Shown here: positions 1-6,691 of the stretch, piece by piece
Numbering within the stretch: position 1 is the first letter of the stretch
How the letters are laid out: the number at the start of each line of letters is the position of its first letter
Assembly (NCBI GenBank): GCA_041660065.1
Contig: JBAZXC010000006.1
Span: 4,984 to 68,983, forward strand
Reading direction: 5' to 3'
Length of the DNA: 64,000 bases
Source of the DNA: Parcubacteria group bacterium
GTDB taxonomy: Bacteria; Patescibacteriota; Minisyncoccia; Moranbacterales; GCA-2747515
Program-made: the position numbers and the translations under genes
Notes under the pieces: generated by a model
The model's input: only the letters and a program-made list of their open reading frames with translations
What the model was told of the DNA's origin: nothing
Database searches by the model: none

Positions 1-230
1 TATTCCATTATTCCATCTTTTCTTTCTCGAAGAATTCCGAGTCCGATTTTGGAACAAATTTTCTCAAAGTTTTTTCTGTTTTGATTGGATTGGAATAACA
101 CGATATAAGGAGCAACCTGAAAACCATACCGATAGGTATCGTTTGGTTTCATCCTTACATAGATGCTTCCATCTCCATCAAGAAATCCTGCCAAATATGC
201 ACTAATTGTTGACGAAAAATTTTTACACAT
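1..230 (-). CDS. LAGLIDADG homing endonuclease, I-CreI family. Only the N-terminal part is in the window; the ORF runs off the window start.
   Basis: Minus-strand translation starting at ATG 230..228: MCKNFSSTISAYLAGFLDGDGSIYVRMKPNDTYRYGFQVAPYIVLFQSNQNRKNFEKICSKIGLGILRERKDG. The LAGFLDGDGSI motif sits at residues ~13-23 and the alignment to I-CreI (LYLAGFVDGDGSIIAQIKPNQSYKFKHQLSLTFQVTQKTQRR...) is close. There is an in-frame TAA immediately upstream of the ATG. Confidence 0.7.
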   Translation of the reverse strand, partial: MCKNFSSTISAYLAGFLDGDGSIYVRMKPNDTYRYGFQVAPYIVLFQSNQNRKNFEKICSKIGLGILRERKDGIME

Positions 231-462
231 AAACTTCCCTCGGTATTATCCTAACATGTGACAGGTTATGTCACAATAGGACTCCACCGATATAAGTCGA
301 TTTCTCATATATGATCGCTCATATACGCCGCCGTGTATGATGTCTTTTTCCTCGGGTTCAAACTGTACAAAAGTCAAAAGTTCATAATATTATAAAGTCC
401 ATAAAAAGTTTGGCATTCCAAAAATTTATAAACTTTAAAACTTTCTACTTTATAACTACTGT
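1..462 (-). mobile_element. Group I-type intron (partial, continues past window start) interrupting the 23S rRNA at the site homologous to E. coli 2593, which is also the I-CreI homing site
   Basis: In rRNA sense the sequence reads GAGCTGGGTTCAAACCGT up to the base at + position 463. It then departs from the universally conserved CGTGAGACAGTTCGGTCCC tract (ACAGTAGTTATAAAG...). The inserted stretch contains an I-CreI-like ORF. Exact splice junctions and the P1-P10 core are not resolved by eye. Confidence 0.6.
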
Positions 463-509
463 ACGGTTTGAACCCAGCTCGCGTACCACTTTAAACGGCG
501 AACAGCCGT

Positions 510-567
<58 letters not shown>

Positions 568-598
568 ACTCCGTCGATGTGAACTCTTGGGAGTGATA

Positions 599-629
<31 letters not shown>

Positions 630-789
630 ATGATCTTCCACACTCCTACAAGTGATGGTCGGTTCACTAACTTCTACTTTCGTAACTGAGCGACTTGCTT
701 GTCTTTCAGTAAAGCTGGTTTATGCGTTTGCACTATCGGCCCGATGTCCATCCGGACCTAACCAACCTTTGTAAACGCCTCCGTTACAT

Positions 790-821
<32 letters not shown>

Positions 822-1331
822 ACCAGGCACTGTTCCTGCACCGGTAGCTATATTCAACACGAGTAGTAAATTTAGTAGTACTTTTTAATCATCAGACGAG
901 TCTTATAAAATAAAATTTTATAAGCAGTTAGTGAATTCTTTTAAGTGAAAATTTTCCACGTCAAAGATCCCTCCGTACAAAACATTCTAAAAAACGCTTT
1001 GTTTTACGAAGGGCTTCACTACTCGCCTGTTGATCATATGTACCTTTGAATTTACACTCTGTAAAATACACCTAACGGTGCAAGGTTAGAATCAAAACTT
1101 CAGCAGGGTGGTATTCCACTGTTGACTCCACCGCTCCCTAAAGAGCAGCTTCAAAGTCTCCCACCTATTCTCGGCAACTAAAACTCTAATTCAATGCCAA
1201 GCTGTAGTAAAGCTCCACGGGGTCTTTTCGTCTAGCTGTAGGTAGGGGGCATCTTTACCCCCATTGCAATTTCACCGAGCACCTGGTTGAGACAGTTCCC
1301 ATCTCGTTACACCTTTCATGCGGGTCGGAAT

Positions 1332-1363
<32 letters not shown>

Positions 1364-2809
1364 GATTATAGTTATCGCCGACGTTCACTGGCGCTTCGGG
1401 GATCCGCGTAAACTTCTCCCGTTAACGTTCCAGCACTGGTCAGGTGTCACCCCCTATACATCCTCTTACGAGTTAGCAGAGAGTTGTGTTTTTGGTAAAC
1501 AGTCGAATGGGCACTTTAGCTTCGTCCAGCACCTATTTCAAAAATGATCGTCAAAATTTTTAACATTCATGAGCGATAGCGACTGCATCTTTTATCACTA
1601 TCAAATCTCTATGATCATCTCTAAAATAGGTGCTGGAAAGACATTTAGCGAACGTACGTCTAGCTTTTTTGCCGAGTTCCTTAACCAGGTCTCACTCATT
1701 CATCTTAGGCTACTCGCCCTATCTACCTGTGTCGGTTTACGGTACGGGTGTGTATATATTGAAGCTTAGAAGCTTTTCCTGGTACCCTGCTCACTACTAT
1801 TAATTCCTCCGAAGAGAAACGACTGTCCATATCTCGGATTATTGTATGGCGGATTTGCCTACCATACATCCTCAATACGTCCACATCAATCCAATAAGAT
1901 GCAGTAGCTACAAGAATACGTCACTCCATCGCATATATACACAGTGCAGGAATATTAACCTGCTGTCCATCGACTACGCCTTTCAGCCTCGCCTTAGGAC
2001 CGACTAACCCTGGGATGATTGCCATTGCCCAGGAAACCTTAGATTTTCGATGTGCACGGATCTCACGTGCATTGCGGTTACTCATTCCAGCATTCTCACT
2101 TCCTTGCGTTCCACCGGTGGTCACCCATCCGGCTTCGGCACACAAGGAACGCTCTCCTACCACTTGTAGATAAATCTACAAATCCGCATCTTCGGTATTA
2201 TACTTGAGCCCCGTTACATTTTCGGCGCAAGATCTCTAAACTAGTGAGCTATTACGCTTTCTTTAAAGGATGGCTGCTTCTAAGCCAACCTCCTAGGTGT
2301 CTGAGAAATCTCACTTCCTTTTCCACTGAGTATAAATTTTGGGACCTTAGATTGCGATCTGGGCTTTTTCCCTTTTGAACTACGAGCTTAGCCCCGTAGT
2401 TCTGACTGCCGCTGTACGATCATGAGCATTCGGAGTTTGGTTGAGCGCCCTACCTTGCGGCGGGAACTCATTCAGTAGCTCTACCTCCCATGATTAATTA
2501 AAGCGACGCTAGCCCTAAAGCTATTTCGGAGAGAACCAGCTATTGCCGAGCTCGATTGGAATTTCTCCTCTACGCACAAGTCATCCCCTGATGTTGCACA
2601 GTCAGTGGGTTCGGGCCTCCCACAACTTTTACATTGTGTTCACCCTGCTCATGCGTAGCTCGCCCGGTTTCGGGTCTAGTTCCTATGACATATTCGCCTG
2701 TTACAGCTCGCTTTCACTATGCATCGGTTACAGAGTAACTTATGCAAGCCATAGAAAACTAACTCGCTGGATCGTTCTACAAAAAGCACGCAGTCACCCC
2801 TCACCCAAA

Positions 2810-3070
2810 TTACTCTAAACTTTCTTTGACATGTTTTATCAATTGATATTTTGCCTTACCATTATGCTTCAAACGATATTCTCTCGTCCGTGCGGCACTG
2901 AGCGTTATCCACGACTCATAATAAACAATTTTCCAATGATGTGATTTTGTTGATCTGTTTTGACCACTGTTATGTGAATCAAAACGCTTTTTCAAATCAC
3001 TTGTACATCCGACGTAGAAAACTTCTCTATCATCAGTTGCTTGCAAAGCATAAACATAATGCATACGCAT
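2810..3070 (-). CDS. GIY-YIG domain protein, YhbQ/UPF0213-like, 86 aa, encoded inside the 23S helix-25 IVS
   Basis: MRMHYVYALQATDDREVFYVGCTSDLKKRFDSHNSGQNRSTKSHHWKIVYYESWITLSAARTREYRLKHNGKAKYQLIKH. GIY (YVYAL), YIG (FYVGCT) and R..EHN.G motifs are present, with a C-terminal REY..K block like YhbQ/YazA. Same strand as the rRNA. Confidence 0.65.
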   Translation of the reverse strand: MRMHYVYALQATDDREVFYVGCTSDLKKRFDSHNSGQNRSTKSHHWKIVYYESWITLSAARTREYRLKHNGKAKYQLIKHVKESLE

Positions 3071-3089
3071 ATATTTATACAGTTAAAAT
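2812..3089 (-). other. Intervening sequence (IVS) inserted in the loop of 23S helix 25 and closed by a 15-bp extended helix. Almost its whole length is an ORF.
   Basis: In rRNA sense ...GGAGCCCCTCACCCAAATT is the revcomp of 3090..3104. A 278-nt insert follows. AATTTGGGTGAGGGGTGACTGCGT (revcomp of 2797..2811 onward) then resumes the conserved GUGACUGCG of helix 25. The two arms are perfectly complementary. Too short for a group I intron; the position matches the classic RNase III-excised IVS site of Salmonella/Leptospira. Confidence 0.6.
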
Positions 3090-3159
3090 AATTTGGGTGA
3101 GGGGCTCCTACTCTTTGTTAGCGTATAGTTTCAGTTCTATTTCACCTCCCTCTACGGGA

Positions 3160-3201
<42 letters not shown>

Positions 3202-4110
3202 TGAGACAATATTTAGTCTTGGAAGTTAGTGCTCCCGGATTCAGACGGGGTTTCTCCGGCCCCGCCCTACTTGAGAATAAACTCACCTATTATTTTTTCT
3301 TTTCGTGTACAGGACTTTTACCTTTTATAGTCACACTTTCCAGAGTATTCCACTAAGAAAAAATTATTGGCCCCGCTCTAAGCGAGTCCGCTCATCTCGC
3401 AACCCCGTTCCTAATAAAAGAAACGGTTTAGACTGTTCCGCTTTCGCTCGCCACTACTGACGGAATCTCATATTGATTTATATTCCTCCTGGTACTAAGA
3501 TGTTTCAATTCCCAGGGTTTGCTTTCATAACCTATGAATTCAGTTATGAATTTCCACTTGCGTGGAAGGATTGCTCCATTCGGACATCTCCGGTTCACAG
3601 CTTGTTTGGTAGCTCCCCGAAGCTTTTCGCACCCAACTACGTCCTTCATCGCTCGTCTCAGCCAAGGCATCCACTATACGCCCTTTGTAACCTCTTTCTT
3701 TTATTTCATCAAAATCTATAAAGAATTGACAATTAAGAGAAACTTAACTGCAATTTTTATATCATTCAACAAAATTTAATGAGTGTATTGTTCATTTGAT
3801 CTTTTGGGTCAAATGAAATTGCTTAACCTATTTGTTGCTTTCTTCTGATATGACCACACATGTGTTCCGCAACAAATATGCGCGTCATTCAAAAATTTAT
3901 ATGCAGTTGTGAAAGTTCACACGTGCCTTGCCGTAGCTCACAAAAGCGACAGTAGGTTCTGCGGAAACAAGTAAATCTCTTTCACCATGTTTCCGCACAA
4001 CATTCTTTCATGTTTCAAACAAACAAAAAACGAGACATGTGCCTATATGTATTCTCGCTTGCGTCGCTCTTTCTCCGGCCGCACTTGACGTCCTCAGAGC
4101 AGTACTACCT

Positions 4111-4138
4111 ACTATAGCAAAGCCGAAAAATTTGTCAA
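4111..4138 (-). promoter_or_regulatory. Candidate sigma70-type promoter for the 23S rRNA transcript
   Basis: Minus strand reads TTGACA (4138..4133), a 16-nt spacer, then TATAGT (4116..4111). A second TTGACA lies ~22 nt further upstream. The 23S 5' end is ~410 nt downstream. Confidence 0.4.
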
Positions 4139-4296
4139 GTCTTCTTTATTTGTCAAACTGATGATATGCACAGGTTATTCACACTGTACCATTCAGTACA
4201 GTGCACGGCACTGTATTTGGTGCAATATAAGCACTGTGTTTTATTAGAAATTAGGGTGTGGAATGGTAGGTGGTAGACGTATGGATGGTAGGCTGT

Positions 4297-4345
4297 GGAA
4301 ATAAAAAACCAGTCATAGTATCCAACTATGACTGGGACGTTTTTT
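4297..4345 (-). terminator. Rho-independent terminator closing the pyrE-pyrF-small ORF transcript
   Basis: CCAGTCATAGT / ACTATGACTGG stem (4309..4336), followed on the minus strand by TTTTTTATTTCC. An A-tract/T-tract on both sides makes it bidirectional-looking. Confidence 0.6.
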
Positions 4346-4357
4346 CATTCAAAATAA

Positions 4358-4516
4358 CTATAGTTGTTCAACTGCATTTTGCAAATATTTTTTATATGCT
4401 TCGATGTGTACGCAATCATCATCTAAACATTGTTTACGTTTGCATCTCTTGCATTCTGCAGGCATTTCAACTTTCTTTGCACTGCTCTGATGCTGCTTTT
4501 TCTGACTTTGTACCAT
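4358..4516 (-). CDS. Small Lys- and Cys-rich protein, 52 aa, with C-x2-C-x4-C-x4-C; co-transcribed downstream of pyrF
   Basis: ATG at 4516 preceded by GGAGGTGG at a 5-nt spacing. Protein: MVQSQKKQHQSSAKKVEMPAECKRCKRKQCLDDDCVHIEAYKKYLQNAVEQL. The stop lies 21 nt before the terminator hairpin. The six-frame track gives a longer TTG-initiated version (4358..4543). Confidence 0.45.
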   Translation of the reverse strand: MVQSQKKQHQSSAKKVEMPAECKRCKRKQCLDDDCVHIEAYKKYLQNAVEQL

Positions 4517-4546
4517 GTACCACCTCCGATCTGAAAAAATCAAATT

Positions 4547-5458
4547 TTATGAAACTGTTTTTATAGCGCGTATTTGGTCACACAAAATTTGCGACTTTTT
4601 GCCAGATGCCTCTGCATAATCATCACCAGAGCTGGCAAAAATAATATCGGAGCTTGAATTGATCGCGATCGATCCGGGACCGGCATAAGCCGCTTTTATC
4701 GTTTCTTCCACAAAACCGCCTTGCGTACCAACACCGGGAATCAGAAACCACAGACCACTGCCAACGATCTGCCGACATTTCGACAAATGTTCGGAAAAAA
4801 TTTCTCCAGAACCTTTGAAGGTTTCGTATGCAGCTGCCATGACAAGTCCGGCATTTTCATTCACGCCGATCTCCCATGCCCACCGCAAAATCGTTTTGGC
4901 AATGAATTCCCAATATTGTCGCCCATCAGCAAGCAATACATCCTGGACTTCCCGCGCCTCTGGATTACTTGTGTAACAAAGTCCCACAATCGCTCGTCCC
5001 GGATGTGCAGGATCAAATAACGGCTTCATACAACTGCTACCCATATACGGCGAGAAATTCATCCCATCTACGCCATCGATCTCAAAGTGCGCAATACGAT
5101 AACGTTCTTGTGTTCTACCGATATCACCTCGTTTACAATCCAGGAAAACCGGAATATCGGGATAGAATTTGTGAATATAGCTCACGATTTTTTGGAGAGC
5201 TTTATCACCACCGCGAAATGCCTCATAATGCGCCTTCTGCAGTTTGAACATTGATGCGAATGGAGCGGTTGAATCTACAATATCAATCATCCACTGCGCG
5301 ATCGCCTTCCAGTCAGACGAAATCCAAAACTTCTTTCTGAGACAATGCGGCAACTTTTCTGGTAACGGATCCAGACCAACACATACAAGAGAGTTTATCT
5401 CCAATTGTCTCCTTGCAAGTTTTGCTCGAAATCCTTCTTCTTTTGCGCTTTCCACCAT
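4547..5458 (-). CDS. pyrF: Orotidine-5'-phosphate decarboxylase, long (type 2) form
   Basis: VCVGLDP, FLDCKRGDIG and LIPGVGTQGG motifs; 303 aa. Confidence 0.8.
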   Translation of the reverse strand: MVESAKEEGFRAKLARRQLEINSLVCVGLDPLPEKLPHCLRKKFWISSDWKAIAQWMIDIVDSTAPFASMFKLQKAHYEAFRGGDKALQKIVSYIHKFYPDIPVFLDCKRGDIGRTQERYRIAHFEIDGVDGMNFSPYMGSSCMKPLFDPAHPGRAIVGLCYTSNPEAREVQDVLLADGRQYWEFIAKTILRWAWEIGVNENAGLVMAAAYETFKGSGEIFSEHLSKCRQIVGSGLWFLIPGVGTQGGFVEETIKAAYAGPGSIAINSSSDIIFASSGDDYAEASGKKSQILCDQIRAIKTVS

Positions 5459-5482
5459 AACATCCTCCTTGTTTTTTTGACC

Positions 5483-6364
5483 TTATGGTCGTGACAGTTT
5501 TTCGTAGAGATCAGGATAAGTGTCCTGGATATCTGCAAGAAATTTTTTGCCGTGTCCGACACGCGTATCGATTGGGATGCCGTCCTTACACAGAGGACAC
5601 TGCTCTCTAGGATCTCGTGAAAGATCCATAGAGTAGTTTGTAGCCACAACATCCGTAAGTGCTTGTGCAAACTCAATGCAATATTCATCCTTGAGCGCCG
5701 TGAGTCCCGGATTTTTTTCACTGATCCGATTACACGCAGCGATAAAACCCACAAAATTACCAAATGATGAAATGATAAAGTCTGCTGTTTCACGCAAGCT
5801 TTTCGCTGAGTTGATCACGTCCTCGACCTGCATGGTACGCTTCCCTCTAATACGATCTCCATGATCCTTATACCACACCAATCCATTGTGAAATTTGAGG
5901 AGTGGTTTGAGAACTTCTATTGCCCGTCCATCGGTAAATTTTGTGTTATACCATGCAACGAAATTTGCCAGTGCATTCACATCATTTTGAAGTTTGAGTG
6001 GTTTGAGAACTTCAACAGCCCGTCCTCCGGTGAATTTTGTGTAATAATACGCGACAAGTGTTGCCAACGTATCCGCACCATGTGGTGTTCCTACGAAGGC
6101 ATCAATTTTCTCATCACGACATTCCCATGCCATCTGCATTGCTACAACACATAATTGTGCCACAGTTTTGAGATCACGAATATTTATATATGCATCTCCG
6201 TGACCCCCCCCTGAATAACCAAAGTGTCCCTTTAAGGCGACACCTTCATTTTCAAAGTATCCCCACACGCCGAGTTTTGCAATTGTATGCTCATACAATG
6301 CGAGATCAACAGCACCGTGCCGTGACAATACATCAAGATCAATTGGTGTAAAATGATCCATCAC
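5483..6364 (-). CDS. pyrE: Orotate phosphoribosyltransferase-like protein with an internal 33-aa tandem duplication
   Basis: GHFGYSGGGHGDAYINIRDL aligns to the PyrE GEFTLKSGRKSPYFFN block. IDAFVGTPHGADTLATLVA aligns to the PRTase loop. WYKDHGD...RTMQVEDVINSAKSLRETADFI aligns to NRKEAKDHGEG...[21 protein letters not shown]. Adjacent to pyrF. Confidence 0.6.
   Translation of the reverse strand: MMDHFTPIDLDVLSRHGAVDLALYEHTIAKLGVWGYFENEGVALKGHFGYSGGGHGDAYINIRDLKTVAQLCVVAMQMAWECRDEKIDAFVGTPHGADTLATLVAYYYTKFTGGRAVEVLKPLKLQNDVNALANFVAWYNTKFTDGRAIEVLKPLLKFHNGLVWYKDHGDRIRGKRTMQVEDVINSAKSLRETADFIISSFGNFVGFIAACNRISEKNPGLTALKDEYCIEFAQALTDVVATNYSMDLSRDPREQCPLCKDGIPIDTRVGHGKKFLADIQDTYPDLYEKLSRP
5889..6083. 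repeat. Diverged in-frame tandem duplication (99 nt + 96 nt) inside pyrE
   Basis: Copy 1 TGAAATTTGAGGAGTGGTTTGAGAACTTC... against copy 2 TGAAGTTTGAGTGGTTTGAGAACTTC.... At protein level YYTKFTGGRAVEVLKPLKLQ.. / YNTKFTDGRAIEVLKPLLKF... About 70-75% nt identity, so not a trivial assembly artefact. Confidence 0.7.
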
Positions 6365-6635
6365 TTCCTCCCATACGCCTTGCGCACCATTGCGCTGTTC
6401 CTTTTGATTGAAAACGAACTACTACCAAACCCAATTAACCATTCTACACAAGTCTCACAATTTTGGCTACAACTGCGAAAAAATACTCAACCATATCTCG
6501 ATATGCTTCCATATTTTTTCTGTGTTTTGCTCAAAATTGAGAAACTTGTTATTGTAGAAGCGTTAATTGGATTTGGTATAAAAACCTGCACTCATGCTAT
6601 CAAGTGCAGGTAAAAAGTCAATCACGTATCTTTTA

Positions 6636-6672
6636 TACACCCAAAAACCTCATGCAATCCCAACATGAGGTT
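6636..6672 (-). terminator. Rho-independent terminator downstream of the large surface-protein gene
   Basis: AACCTCATG-CAATCCCAA-CATGAGGTT hairpin, followed on the minus strand by TTTTGGGTGT. Confidence 0.55.
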
Positions 6673-6691
6673 TTTATTTCCGTAAAAAGTT

